This document shows, piece after piece, positions 68,901-82,300 of a stretch of DNA of 248,000 nt. Numbering within the stretch: the stretch's first letter is position 1; the number at the start of each line of letters is the position of its first letter. The stretch is taken from positions 1,632,001 through 1,880,000 of the forward strand of contig JAMWBK010000008.1 in the NCBI GenBank assembly GCA_029953675.1. Reading direction: 5' to 3'. The notes below the pieces were generated by a model. That model was not told where the DNA came from. It did no database searches and worked only from the letters and a program-made list of their open reading frames with translations. The translations under genes and the position numbers were made by a program. Source of the stretch: Rhodosorus marinus CCMP1338. Taxonomy: Eukaryota > Plantae > Rhodophyta.

Positions 68901-70900
68901 CCAGAAGAGGTGACCCAGCCATCACAAAAGAGTGTGGCGAGGAGAAGTTTCACCACAAAAGCTCCGTAAACAAAGGCGAATACCCAATACAGAGTACCCC
69001 GACCAACTTCCACCACAACCCCAAAGGAAGGAGAGAAAGCCCGCAGACAAGCCACACACCCCTCAAAAGCCGAGGGAAAGACAACGGAGGGTTTCCACGA
69101 ACAAACACTACGACAACCAAAAACGAGCGCAACCTGACACCATAGACCTTCACACACCACAAACCGTACGAAACATTTTCGCATCCACTCCAAGTTTGAC
69201 TTTTCCCGATGCCCTAAGCTTTCCGCAATGCATGGCTGGAACCTGTGAGACCGGCCCTCTGGCGGAGAGCGGCAGAAGGGAGATGGGTACCGGACATGGG
69301 GCAAGTGCAAGCGAGGTCCACATATGCTGAGGGTCTGGCGGCTGCGTCAGATACCAGGAGATCTGCGTTGCGGAGGGTGTTCGAGCAGTACCGATTCCAC
69401 CTCGATCGTGTGGCCAAATCTTGTCAAGTGTTCGCTCAGGGGGGGGGGTGGAGGGGATATTCCAGGCGTGTGTATCTCTTCGTGTGATTACCTCGCAGCA
69501 GTCCACACGAGCCCAGGAAATGGTACCCACCTCCGTCGATACGGCTGGCACAACCTTGGTAGAAGGAACGGCGATTGGAATGTAAGGGGCCAGTGGCAAA
69601 CCCAGGTAGATGCGTACCGCGGTCCGGAAGTGAAAGGCGTACAGTCGTTGACCCGGCGGCGAGGGCAGAGTTGTTAGCCATACGTGGGATAGACGACCTC
69701 CCATGCCCCGTAGACGAGCCTCAGTGGTAGGCGGAGTAAGTGGAGAGTTGAGCAAGATTGCGAGAGCAGCACTGGGTTGGCCCCAAGTGAGGCTATGTTC
69801 GATCACATCATCGCATGAGCTCCACGACTGCTCATACCCGGGTAATCGGCCGCTGGGTGACCGGGGGCTGGCTTCCCCACCGTCGTCCAGCCAGCGATTA
69901 ACCGTAGATTCCACGACGACCTCATTGCGTCCCCATAGAATTTCCCTTCAGGAATCGAATTTTGATCGATTCTCTTCCGGCACTGCATTACCGACGAAAC
70001 GGCTGGTCGAGGCCGTCATAGACGCGCATTAGCGCACCTTGAAAGGTTGACTGGGTCATCGTTCGCCAGCGCCCAGTCAAAACGCAGGCAATCCCGAACC
70101 TAAATCCCACCAGGGTATGAAGAGCGGTGGCCCAGGAGGCTACGGTCGCAGTCGAGCGGACAGGACGCCGGTTACCAACTCCAAAGCCTTTCAGGCGCAA
70201 GGGTAGAGCCATCTGGGCAGTCTGAGGTCCCTATCAGGGGACGATGCCGAAGAAAATGGTTCGTCCAAGAGTGTGCCCCAATGTGTTAGCGTCGCCTCGT
70301 CCGCCTTAGCAGCAATTCACGCTCCCCATTGAGATGGAAGACTTGGCAGCCAATAGTTGACCCGCACAAAAAAAATTCGGGAAATCAGCAATTTACAACA
70401 CTGGATGGATTGGCTGGTGGTGGTTTTACTGGCTTTATTAGCACAGCCTACAGCGCTACGCAAACCGAGAAAAGGAACTAAGAACTAGGTAGGGAAGCGT
70501 GCAAACCCAGGCGCCGATGGCGCGCCTCGGCAAGCATGCTGCTCGAACATCGCCACAAGAGACACTTAAGCGCCGCGAAAGTTCCAAGTATTCAACAGGA
70601 TGCTCAGTGAAACATTTCCGCAACCACTCCAAACCCGACTTCTCCACGTGACCAAAGCTTTCCACAATGAAAGGCTGGAACCGGTGGTTTTACTAACATA
70701 GCCTGATGCGCTGCGCAAGACGTAAAAGGAAACTGGCGACTAGGGAGATAAGCACGTAAGCCCAGGCGGCGGTGGCGCGCCTCGGCAAGCATGTTCCTAG
70801 AATACCTCCAGAGAGCGACACTTCAACGGCGGAGGAGCACCAGCTATTCTTCAGGATGTTTGGTGAAACAAAGCTGCTCCTATGGAATCCAGGTGCCCAT
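68900..70900 (-). mobile_element. CRE-like family E thumb/zinc finger/RLE plus stacked family A/E 3' ends
   Basis: MALPLRLKGFG, CASRIDGGGYHFLGSC, ADLLVSDAAAR; tails at 70395-70440 and 70683-70705. Confidence 0.8.
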
Positions 70901-71149
70901 TACAGAAGCAGCGGTTTGAGCACATTTCCTTATCCACACACCCAATACAGGTGGATTACGGGCTCCTCGAATGGTTCCAAAAATGTCCGATCAAATCGCA
71001 GCCGCACTCATCCGATACACAGCCGGAGAGCTGCGCTCCGTTGGTAGAGAGTGAGGAAGCTCGGATTACGTCCAAGCTTGTGGATGGGCCGGAAAAGGAC
71101 GGTTGCAAATACCATATTTGTGTCAATTGCCTAATTCACTTTGCAGGTT

Positions 71150-73570
71150 CTAAACGACTCTAAGAGCGCTGACAATTACATGGTCGAAGTTATTGTTCCT
71201 CCGAACCAGTCCTGAGACAGGATTCCTTATGTCATCGAAGAAGATGATCCCGTACAGGTAGCTCGAGTATGGACCGACAACTACGCTTGCAATCTTGACA
71301 GCCTTTGAATTCGCTAGGGAAATCACCGAATAACTGCCACTGGCTCCATAGCAGGTGACCGCGCGGATGCTTAAATAGTCACAGTTGTCAAATTGCATTT
71401 GTCCAGCGTACCCAAAGTCAGAGTCGTAGATTTTCACCCTGTATATTACAGCTGCTTCCGCATTTTTCATGTACACCGCCCTACGACTGGAGCTGACTGT
71501 CAAGGAATCGATTGAAATCTCAGTCAAAGTCTCAGCTTCGCCTCCGACAAGAACAGCCGTGGTGACTTCGGTGATCTCCAGGTTCACCAGGGCTATTCGA
71601 TTTGGTAGGTCAACAACCCCACTGTGGGCAACAATAACTCCGTCTTTGCAGCCACGGGCGAAGAGTCCATCCACAAAAACGTTCACGACACCATTCTCGA
71701 GTCTAAGCGCGTGCTCCTGACTCATTGAGCCAGTAAGCGCAGCAACGTCCTCGACAATCACGTTTTTCGTGCCCTTGTTGCTGACTTCGTTACCCTGAAC
71801 TGTCATCAGACCTGCACGATTGTTTTGGCCTCTGATTCTCCTCAGCGTCACCCCGTTGATTTCCTTGTTCGTCGGAGCAACCCGGATCCCCAAGCCAGGA
71901 GAGTTTGCAAAGGAACAATCTTGCACTGTACAAAGTGAGCGCTCAATGAGCAGAAGGTCCGTAGATGGGAGCGCTTGGTCGATATCCCGTATTCGAAGTC
72001 CTTTCAAGTCGCAGTTTTCCAATATGACCATTTCAGATCTCACGATCACTGGAATTTTGCCTGCGTCCCATTGGATAATGTTGACCCCAGAGAGTGTAAG
72101 CGGTTTGTCGATAACGACGCTCGTTACGTTAAAGAGACAGTCTGGACGAGGGCCTACGAGCTTGACATACGGATCGGCGGCCAAGATCTGACCTTCCAGA
72201 GGCAATTCACATTCAAGGACGATGACGGGGGCGCTCCCTACGACTGGGGCAGGCGTCGGCGATGGTGTCGGTGTCATCGGTCGCGTAGGCAGCGGTGTAC
72301 CTGTTGGCTTTGGCGTTGGCTTTGGCGTTGGTTTTGGCGTTGGTGTCGGGGACACGAAGAGTATCTTATCATCACTGCTAGCTCTCGCGAGCAGCGACTC
72401 TTCCACCACCAGTTCCGTCCTGTCCAGACCGAAATCGACCTTGAACTGGATCCCGTGACGGGCGGTCAAGTCCTCGCCGAGCACTACGGATTTCAACTTG
72501 ACGTTTCGACACTGATCAAACTCCAGCGCGGCTTTCCTGGCTTCTCCCCTCGACATGTACAAGTCTCTCATCCTGATCCCGTCAACGTTACGGAAGGAGG
72601 CAATACTTCTAGTTTTCCTGAGGTTGGACGCGCGGATGTCTTGGAGCCGTATGAGCACTATGTTCCTCATGTATAGCGCCCAATACGTATGTTCAGCGTT
72701 TATCCTGGTGATCGTGATGTTGCTGTGTATAACCGCCGGGTCCGTCTGACAATTGATACCAAAGCTGCAGTTCTTCACGAAGACGTTGGATATCGTAATG
72801 TTCTTGTTGCCGTGATCCAGCTCCTTGTGATCTTGGATTGCAACGCCGTACATGGCATTTTCAGAGTAAACATTGCGAACGATGACGTTCTCTACCCCGT
72901 CACTGACTTCCACGGCACCTCTGGCGCCGGACCTGTACGATCTGATGTTGTCGACGACGATGTTTCTGGTCCTTGGACCGCTGTTCTTTGCAGTGGAGAT
73001 TGAGACCGTCTCCCGACCATTCCGAATTCCCAGAATGTCTCTTATAACGCCGCCGTCTATATCCTCCGTTCTTCCAGTCCCCACAACGCTGATGCCGTCC
73101 CGTGAGGAGTTAATCACCTGCCCCCGTTCCAAATGGAAGTGACTGGCCCGAATCACGACCATGGACTGTCTGAGCTTGTCAAAAATCGACCCTCGGTTCC
73201 CAGTAAGAACGAAGTCGTACATGCTGAACCGGTCCCCGTTCACCAGGAAGACGGACCTCGCGTACCCAGCCTGCACACGAACGTGTACGCCTCGGAGGGT
73301 TATACCCGGTTCGAAGATTCTTATAGTCTGGAAAACAGCCCACTCACACCCTCCTGCGGGCGCAAGCAGCTCCGAATCCGCAGGTGCTGAGGTAATCTGA
73401 TTCCTCAGTGGCTTTCTGCAATCCAACACGATCGGATCTGCCCCAAGACTGATCCCAACGCACTGCCCGAAGGCCAGGAGGACTACAAACCGCAACGTAT
73501 TCATATTGTCCATTCTTCCCTTCCTAAAGAAGAATCCGCCGCAACTCAAAAACCCCAGAAAATTGTTCAA
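71150..73570 (-). CDS. Secreted parallel beta-helix protein, paralog of 60891..63242
   Basis: ADPIVLDCR..GAVEVSDGV..AIQDHKEL shared with the paralog; PTPK linker. Confidence 0.8.
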   Translation of the reverse strand: MNNFLGFLSCGGFFFRKGRMDNMNTLRFVVLLAFGQCVGISLGADPIVLDCRKPLRNQITSAPADSELLAPAGGCEWAVFQTIRIFEPGITLRGVHVRVQAGYARSVFLVNGDRFSMYDFVLTGNRGSIFDKLRQSMVVIRASHFHLERGQVINSSRDGISVVGTGRTEDIDGGVIRDILGIRNGRETVSISTAKNSGPRTRNIVVDNIRSYRSGARGAVEVSDGVENVIVRNVYSENAMYGVAIQDHKELDHGNKNITISNVFVKNCSFGINCQTDPAVIHSNITITRINAEHTYWALYMRNIVLIRLQDIRASNLRKTRSIASFRNVDGIRMRDLYMSRGEARKAALEFDQCRNVKLKSVVLGEDLTARHGIQFKVDFGLDRTELVVEESLLARASSDDKILFVSPTPTPKPTPKPTPKPTGTPLPTRPMTPTPSPTPAPVVGSAPVIVLECELPLEGQILAADPYVKLVGPRPDCLFNVTSVVIDKPLTLSGVNIIQWDAGKIPVIVRSEMVILENCDLKGLRIRDIDQALPSTDLLLIERSLCTVQDCSFANSPGLGIRVAPTNKEINGVTLRRIRGQNNRAGLMTVQGNEVSNKGTKNVIVEDVAALTGSMSQEHALRLENGVVNVFVDGLFARGCKDGVIVAHSGVVDLPNRIALVNLEITEVTTAVLVGGEAETLTEISIDSLTVSSSRRAVYMKNAEAAVIYRVKIYDSDFGYAGQMQFDNCDYLSIRAVTCYGASGSYSVISLANSKAVKIASVVVGPYSSYLYGIIFFDDIRNPVSGLVRRNNNFDHVIVSALRVV

Positions 73571-76519
73571 TCAAGAATCAAGCAGAGAAGTCTCATCTCC
73601 CTACCAACCCACGATCGCTCCACACCCTTCCCTCCCCATCCAATCTCACACGACCCGCAAACGCACATAATACCGGACCTGTCTCACACGCACTCTCTCC
73701 CTTTTCAACCCCCGCTTCCTACTCCCTCACATCCAGACCTGTTTATATCTCTCCAGCAAACCGCTCCATCGCAACCATCTGGTTCCTGTTTCTATTGTTT
73801 TCTTGTTTTCTTTCCGAACCCAACATGATTGCCCACTAATTTTATTTTTTTTTGGTTTCACAAGGCTGGAACCTCCCTGGTTAGGGAAACCTCTTCATCC
73901 TCAAACCACGCTCTTGAACATCAAGAAAACCAAAACCTACTATGTCCGCACCCCCCCCTCCCGGACTCCCAAACGTTTGGATGAATTCCCTTGCAAACAC
74001 ACTAAAAACAATCAAATCGAAAAAGGACACATGGTGAAGGCAGAGGCGCTGATTGTGTCCGGAGTAGACGTAGCACTTTTGTTGTCGGTAAATTCAGAAG
74101 CACTAAATGTTTGTTTGTTTTTTCTCGCTTCTTGTTCAGTGAAACCTACATTCCTACTAGAGTTTTGGAAATAATTTGTGGAAACGAAATTCATAATCCT
74201 TTTTTTACTTCTTTGGTGTACAAAAAGTTTCATAATTTCATATTCGGTACATTCCCGCGTTTCGTCCGCTGGAGCTGAACCTGTTTCTTGTTTGTTTTTC
74301 ATAGAAATTGTCCGATGTATTTTCACCCCTCAAAAGTATTTGGAAGCAAAACCCCGAAAAGAAATTGAGGCTCCACGTTCATGTTTGCACACCTTTTTTA
74401 TCTCGCCAGCATGCGTTTTCGGTTTTCCTGTGAAACTAACAAACCCGGATGGGTGTCCTGCGTTTTGGGTTGCATTCTCTTGGCATATTTGGTAGTGCTT
74501 TTTCGGGGGGCGGGTTTGGAATTGGTGTGAGGTTTAGAAGATGGGAATCAAAAGAGCTCTGTGACACTGCTACGTCAAGTAGCTGAGGTTAAAGCGGACG
74601 ATAGTTCCACACACTACTACTATGGGGGGAAAAAACGGTTTGGACTTGTCTGGGTTCAAAACACGGTTCTACGGCTCTGTGTTCGTAAAACCACATGGAG
74701 GGCAAAACTCGAAACGAGGAGGAGAGCGGAGAAAAACAACGAATTTACAGAATGCCAATTACAATTCATGATTGTCGATTTTAATAGTTTAGATTGTTTT
74801 CTATATATTGCGCTGAATATTTTGCCCATCCGTTGATGCGTTTCCCCTCTGAAGTGGCGGCGGAAAAAGGTTTCACCCCCATTCCGCTGAGTATCCGATA
74901 GACTCCTCCTGACGGAGCTGGCACTGTGCGTCCCGATCGCCTCCTCCTTGCCCAATAACTCATTCGTTCGGCATCCGGGGGGAGGAGGGAGGGGGAAGCT
75001 AGTTTGTGCGAAAAGGTGGCTATTTTTTCCTTTACTTTTGTTTCTCCTTCGCACCGATAGAGACGTGGAGTTCTTTCGCGAACGAACTTGTGCTCTAGAC
75101 TACTTTTTATCCAGGGAGGGGAAAGGACTTTGGGCTTGTCTGGGTTCAAAACAAGCTACTAATCGGAACTGGGGAGTGTGCCCACCCGGCTCCCGATCTC
75201 CCTTGCCGAATGACACAATCCGATCGGCATTTTTGATGCCAAAATGGTGGTTGGACTAAAACCCTATATCCAAAAACTAAAATATAAAGAACGTCATAGA
75301 AAATTCAACGTCTTTGCGTGGGCCCTCATTTATTCCTTTCATTGAAAATAATTACCAAAGAGTTTATTTACAAAATTGTTATTATTCAGTTCGTGATATC
75401 CTGTAACGTCAACGATTAATTCAAAAAAAAAGGAGGAAACTGTCCATTTTGCTGCTGTTCGGGCGTTGATATAAGACATTTTTATTTCGTCTATATGATA
75501 AATGAACCAGCCTAGTTTTTATTTTCAAAAACATGGATCTACGCTAGGTCTGATACCTGATAGTTTTGATAGAAAACCCCATTTACGTTATTTCTTTTGT
75601 ATATTATTGTAAGAATGGTTTTGGAAGAGATAATTTTGAAAGAATTGTCCAATGCCTTAAAAACGAAACCCCATGCAAAAACATGCAAGTTCAATGTAAT
75701 TTCACGCGCTTCATTGTCAAGGGCTAAACCAAACTGATGGCAAGGAGAAAAAGATTGCTATGGCGAAAAATTAAATTTTTAAAAAATTGGTTTCTTTCCG
75801 GACTCTCCCCTCCCTCCGTGTTCCGAGTTTTGCTTGAATGGAGTGGTTGGTTTTTACGAACAAGTCGTCCATAAAGCGGCCCATGCACTTGATGTGAAAC
75901 CTATTCAACAATAATATAGAATACAATCTAGATTGCTAAAATCGAACGTTATAAATTGTATTTGATATTTTGTAAATTCGGAATTTTCTCAAAAGGGCTT
76001 CCGCCATGTTTCGAGTTTTGCCCTCCAGGTGGTGATTTTTTGAACACATGGACCTGAAAAGCTACTCCCTCAGGACGGAAAGTGAACCACTACAAAACGC
76101 CAACAAAAAAAGAAGCCAGGCAAACGGTGACGTGCCTGCCTCGACGAACACCATCCGGCGAAGATATCGTCTGAGAGCAATCGGCAAGAGGAGTATCGGA
76201 TCCGCTAGACTGGACGGTGTGAAACCTTTTTACCGGCGCCCACTTCAAGCACTAACGATGTTTAGATGTGAAACGGTTGCACAAAAAAATACCATCCATT
76301 GTTGATGCGGATGGGGAAAGTATTCAACAATATATAGAAAACAATCTAAATTATTAAAATCGAAAGTCGTGAATTGTACTTGACATTTTTTGTAAATTCG
76401 AAAACATTTTCTCGGCCCTCTTCCGTGCCGCATTAAATAAATTCATTCAATAAGGAACTGGAGCAAGAAACTCGAATATAGTACTTGCGGCCAGAATCTG
76501 ATATAAGTCCAGACGTGAA

Positions 76520-77370
76520 GAACAGTTGAGTGTTCCTTGCAGATACGGCATGACTCTTTTCTCCTTGTCGCATTCACCGACATGCCCTATAATTACTCAT
76601 CTTCCTCGCCAGGACGCACGCCCGGAGCCTCTCGGTATATCCATGGCGCTCTCCTGCAGCCGGCAAATAGCCACCATCCTGAGGATTAGGAACAGCAAGA
76701 TCAACGCCGTACGACACACGTCGTACGGCGGCAATCGTCACAGGTGACCACGAGGTCAGCCACGCGGCGATCATCATTCTGGTCGTCTGCGACAGCAGGG
76801 GCTTCTCACATTCAATTTCAAGACCGGTTTGCCGTACGATTGGCCGAAGTTCGCGGCATAACGGATTCAAGATCCGCGTATGTCGGCAGGTCGGGCGCCC
76901 TTCACAGCAGGGCAACTGGCGAGCAGGTGGGCGACAAAATCCGCGGTATATTCCTTCTGAGAGCATAGAGGGCACGGCGAAGCCATCTCGGAAGGCCAGG
77001 GCGGCTGATGCAAGCCGGGGTATAAGCGCAGAGAAGTGCGCACCTCGAAATCGGTGATTGGGAGTGGCGGAAAAGCGGGGACGGTCATGAGCCACTGAGA
77101 GCTAATACACCCTCCAAGACTACGCAGACGGGCGGGATCTCGGAAAGATGAGACCATCTGCGCGAGAAGTCGGCCGTATGCGACACGGTGCAAGTCCCAA
77201 GAAAGGGTGTTGCGTCCGTGCGTGCGGAGACGCGACTCCCAGAACCCGGTCCATTATCAGGAGGATCACGAGGGACCTCTGTTTCCTCAGAAACCACGGG
77301 ATCGCGGCAGGGAAAGGACCGGCGGCTGTTCGGGTCGCGGGGCCGCGAGCACGTGAAAAAAAGAACCCTA
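76520..77370 (-). mobile_element. CRE-like family C fragment including the zinc finger
   Basis: CPLCSQ..HLLASC; RHTRILN; YGVDLAVPNP. Confidence 0.72.
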
Positions 77371-77379
77371 GATTTTGAT

Positions 77380-78774
77380 CACAAGCAACCGCTCCGTAAC
77401 GCATAACATTCAATAGCTGCGATCTTAAGTGTCCTTCTTGCTTATCGCATATACAGGACTTCGGAGGGGTCATCCAGACTCTGAGATTGATGTCACAAAG
77501 CATCGGCATTGCGGGGCATAAGAACTCTCCAACCCCATTCTTAGGTACACATGTCTTGAAGCTACCAAATAATGAAGCTGCTGGTCATGTGGCTCGAACA
77601 GCCAGTCCAGTGGGCCAGTTCCGAGAGCAAATCCCCCGCGGCTAAGGAATACGAAGAGCACAAAGAACTCGTCTCGAAAATAAGGACGGTTGAACCCCGC
77701 CACTGGGTTAACTCAAGAAGACACTGAAACGAGACCAACCCTATATTCGATCCCCAAAGTACTCACGCTACCAGAGGACACGAGAAAACTCCCTTCGGCA
77801 TGCGCTTGTTCTACTCCTACTTGGAGTCCTTGCCACCTTTGAACGCGGACGTCTCAGCCTTGCAAGCAAGTTTAACCTTCCAGCAATATCCGGTTGAACT
77901 AAATTATGCTCGGGCTGTGCCAGAATCTATTGAGGTACAACACTTATTCTAGGCTCGGCAGTATTGCACATCCCGATGAAGGGTATAAATCTGACAAAGT
78001 AGGTGTTTCGCCTGTCATGTCTCTTGTTGCTTTATCTTAGAGTCTCCCTCGCTAGGATGACAAATGATCTTGGCTTATATAGGCAGCAGACTTGGTTAAC
78101 CCTAATGCTTCGAAGTCACTCCATGGTCTATATGTGTGTGTCCCAATTCAACAGATTAGTTTCCATTCTCGAGCCTGCACGCTCATTTGTCAGCCACCAA
78201 CAAGTTTCAGGGCCATGTGCTGGGATGGCAATTGTATCAGCAACTCTGTAAAGTGTTCATGGTGAAGGGAGTCGCTTCGACTGTACACGTTTGCTAACAA
78301 TAAATACGATGGAATCGCCGATGCTTTCGAGGTTATCTTGAAGCAAGAGAAGAAACAAGTAAGACAAAAGAACCAGAGGTCTGAACGGAAAGTTAGTTTT
78401 GGGATAAACTACCTAATTGGGGAGTAATTAGGAGGAAGGAAGTAAGCCTCGCATTCTGGAATAATCGAGGCAGTCCCAGGTAGACACCTGGGATGTATAA
78501 TCTTCAACACGTGCTTGCCAGCCTGTCGAGTCTAGAAGTAATCATGATTCATTACATGATATTGGTATTTAGTCGGGAGGAGAAGTAATGATGATACATG
78601 ATATGCGAACCATGCCATGAAGTAATCATGATTCAATACCTGGACTGAAGATGATTGATTACTTGACTAACGATGATTGAATATGGGACGATTTATCGGT
78701 CCTGACTTATCGGACGTGAAATCGGACTTTCTTTTTTTCCGGTAACGTTTATCGGACGGCACATGACAACAATA
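77380..78774 (+). mobile_element. Non-autonomous TIR element (internal part + right end) carrying a gypsy-type solo LTR (~77845-78508) that is itself interrupted by a copia-type solo LTR (77992-78299)
   Basis: Homology to 90400-91000/93700-94015; end ATGACAACAATA; LTR piece matches the 198851-199165 LTR family; inner piece matches the LTR at 100950-101100. Confidence 0.65.
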
Positions 78775-79362
78775 GTTTACCGAACCCGAATACGAAAGAA
78801 AACATAGTTATCGTCCGATGAATGCTCCGATAACCGATTGCGGCCAATATTTTTCAATGAATTTTTCATCTTTTTCGTGCTGGTTGATTGACTTGACTAA
78901 GGTTTGATCACACTACGCGAGGTTATTAATACCTTTTTCTGTGGGATCACAACGGTAGCTTTGGTAGCTCAAGCTGAATGAGTTTGTTTAATCGGACGCT
79001 GAAAGAAAAAAACCCGGAGGGGAAAAAAAAGACGAAGCGCGGCGAAGATCGCGCGCCTCTAACATCAAAGCGGCGTTCATACGCCACAGCAAGAAACTTA
79101 AACGGTTGACACATCCCAGCGCACAAGTTGGGATGGATTGGCTAGGGAAGACTGGCTTGGTTGGCAGGGTTGACAGACGGTCAGGGCGTTCGCGGAACAA
79201 TTCCCGAAGTCAACGAGAACCAACGGAATCCAAAACCGAAAGCACTCAATGACCAGAGGTACCAGGCGATGAGCTAGGGCCGAAGCACGAATTCTCGCTT
79301 CTCAGGGTAGTTCGCCTCTGAATACCTGGGAAGGAAAAGGCCCCCTGCATATTTCAGACAGC

Positions 79363-82300
79363 TAGGGTTGTCATCCGTCAGGCTACGTTTATCGGAATGT
79401 CCCATAACTTTTGAAGTGGATAGACTATTGCAAAACAGTACAGAAAGGGGATGTTCAATAGAAACTCTTCGACAAAAGAGGTCAGATAAATCGTCCGATA
79501 TTCAATCAACGTTAGTCTAGTAATCAATCATCTCCGATCCAAGTATTGAATCATGATTACTTTTGGGTTGACGAGCTCTCGCTCGAATATCATGAATCAT
79601 GATTATTTCTCGAATTGCGTAGCTCCATTTTAGAACTCTTCGGGGGAGGTTCTCACACTCCTTATGACACTCTTCGGGGGAGGTTCTCACACTCCCCATG
79701 ACACGTTCTCCATTAACGCGTATCGGTGATCCAAGACAAGTTTAAATTCTCTTTTTGTTTTTATCTTTTATCTATCTTGGATAGATAAAGGTCAAGGACC
79801 CTCCTCTAGCTCTAAGACGGAAGGTCGTAGCTTCCGTATTTATAGGCTTCCGGCTCATGTCCTGGGTTTGCTGGACTACTATTTTTAGATCTAGATTTAT
79901 CTATTATTAGCCTTGTTTTGGGCTACACTCCTGATGGCTGACTCGTTCGGTCAGGACGTAACAACTCCTCCCCACTGAAAGAAAGAACTATCCGGCGGAA
80001 GAAGAAGCTGCCTCGTGGAGGTTTGTATAATACCGGATTTGCTTCTTGGTATTCTGGTTCTGCGGTAGTTGATGGTAGGGTAACCATCTCAAATCGTCCG
80101 TTGTCTCGCCTTCAAAGTAAACGAAGTATTCATTCAGGTTCTTTTCATCTCGACGATGTCCCAAAACTGACTTCAACTCGCGCTGTGGTATGCCTCGTTG
80201 TAATGCAGGAACTACATGCGAGCCTTCAGGTTCCGATCCATTGAACTTCCGTAATAGCGACATGAAAAACATCATGTAGTTGAGAATCTCCCTGGAGCTC
80301 CAGCTTATATGCTACGTTACAAATTTTTCGTAGAATTTTAAACGGTCCGACATATCTGGGCCGAAAAAGTTTTGAATCTGGGAGTTGAAGATTCCGTGTT
80401 GACAAGAGCACATGTTCGCCTGGTTCAAAGTGGAGGTATCTTATGCCTCGATCATAGTAGAAGCGTTGGCGTTCTTGGGCATATCGTAGGTTGGCGCGGG
80501 CGAGGTCTCGTTGGTCCTTTTAGCGTTGTGGCAGGACCGTGGCGGCTTCAGGTATTGGTAGTGAACGGTCCCTGTCATCTGGTACTTTAAGGTCGGGAGG
80601 TAGTGTCGGGTTCTTTCCATATGTCAACTCGAAAGGAGAAAACTGCGTCGCTTCCGAGATCTGACGATTGTACACCAGCTCTGTAATCCACAGACAGACG
80701 GACAGACAGAGCGAATCAATCAGACGCTGGAGACGTACCTGAGGTGTAATTCATCTGCGACGAATTGGGCAGAAGGCCTACCGATTGCAGAGCTGGTGTA
80801 CAATCGTCAGATCTCGGAAGCGACGCAGTTTTCCTCTTTCGAGTTGACTTATGGAAAGAACCCGACACTACCTCCCGACCCTAAAGAACCAGATGACCGA
80901 GACCGTTCACTACCAATACCTGAAGCCGCCACGGTCCTGCTACAACGCCAAAAGGACCAACGAGACCTAGCCCGCGCCAACCTACGATATGCCCAAGAAC
81001 GCCAACGCTTCTACTATGATCGAAGCAAAAGATACCTCCGTGTGATGAGCAAGGCGTCGCGTCGCCCGTCGTAGGCTTTTCAGCTGCGGAGCCTGAATCT
81101 TGATGAGTGATGTCATCTTCTAGTTTTCAGAATTTTTTTTTTTTTTTTGGTTGTCAGGTTTCCAGGTTTTCAGGTTCTGGGCTCATTCATGTTCCTCAAT
81201 CGCAACTCATGCGAGGAGACCACTTGACACGTTCTCCATTAACGGGTATCGGTGATCCAAAATAATTAATAAATTCCTCTTTTTTTATCTTTTATCTATC
81301 TTGGATACCCTCCTCTAGCTCTAATCCTAAGACGGAAGGTCGTAGCTTCCGTATTTATAGGCTTCCGGTTCATGTCCTGGGTTTGCTAGACTACTAGTTT
81401 TAGATCTAGACTTATCTATTATTAGCCTTGTTTTGGGCTACACTCCTGATGCTGACTCGTTCGGTTAGGACGTAACACTCCACTTCTGGACTAGACAGGC
81501 TGGCGAGCGTTGGTTGAAGCAGGCGGTTTAAGGTGGCATGGACTTGGAGTAGAACGAGCATATTCCGAATGGAGTTTTCTCGTGTCCTCTGGTAGCGTGA
81601 GTACTTTGGGGATCGAATATAGGGTTGGTCGCGTTTCAGTGTCTTCTTGAGTTAACCCAGCGGCGGAGTTCAACCGCCCTTTATTCTCGAGGCGAGTTCT
81701 TTGTGCCGTTCATATTCCTTAGCCCCCGGGGGAGTTACCCTCGGAGCAAGGCGACTAGACTGGTTCTTCGAGTCACATGGCCAGTAGGTTCAGTAGTTTG
81801 GTAACCATGAGTTACTTCAAGTTATGTGTATTCTTGTGCCCGTAATGGGTTGTTTTTGACATCAAACCCAGAGTGTGCATGATCCCTCCGAAATCCTGAA
81901 TATGCGAGGTGCAACAAGTATAACTCAGTCTTATATGAGCCTTGAGGCTTGCTTTATTAGGAACATAGTATGCTAGTCAATAGATACGCCAGAGTTCTCA
82001 GGAGGATCTTCGAACCAATTTTAACATATCTCTCATGCTCGTGGAGGGGTCAATACTACTCAAGAACCCGGTCGTGTCTTCCTTTCATGATGGAGAGCTC
82101 TTCCGAAAGCAGATGATCAGAGTGATCTCCATCTCCGTACTGGCCGCCGGGGGTGATCCGAAGAGATGAGCGCCTGCTGAATTGCCAATGTGTTCCGTGT
82201 AATATTCTTCTTCATCTGCGAGTTCTGAGTCCGACAACGAGTGGGGAACCTCCTCTCCATCGGAAACGTTTGGATCATCCACGGCGCACAGCTCTTCCTC

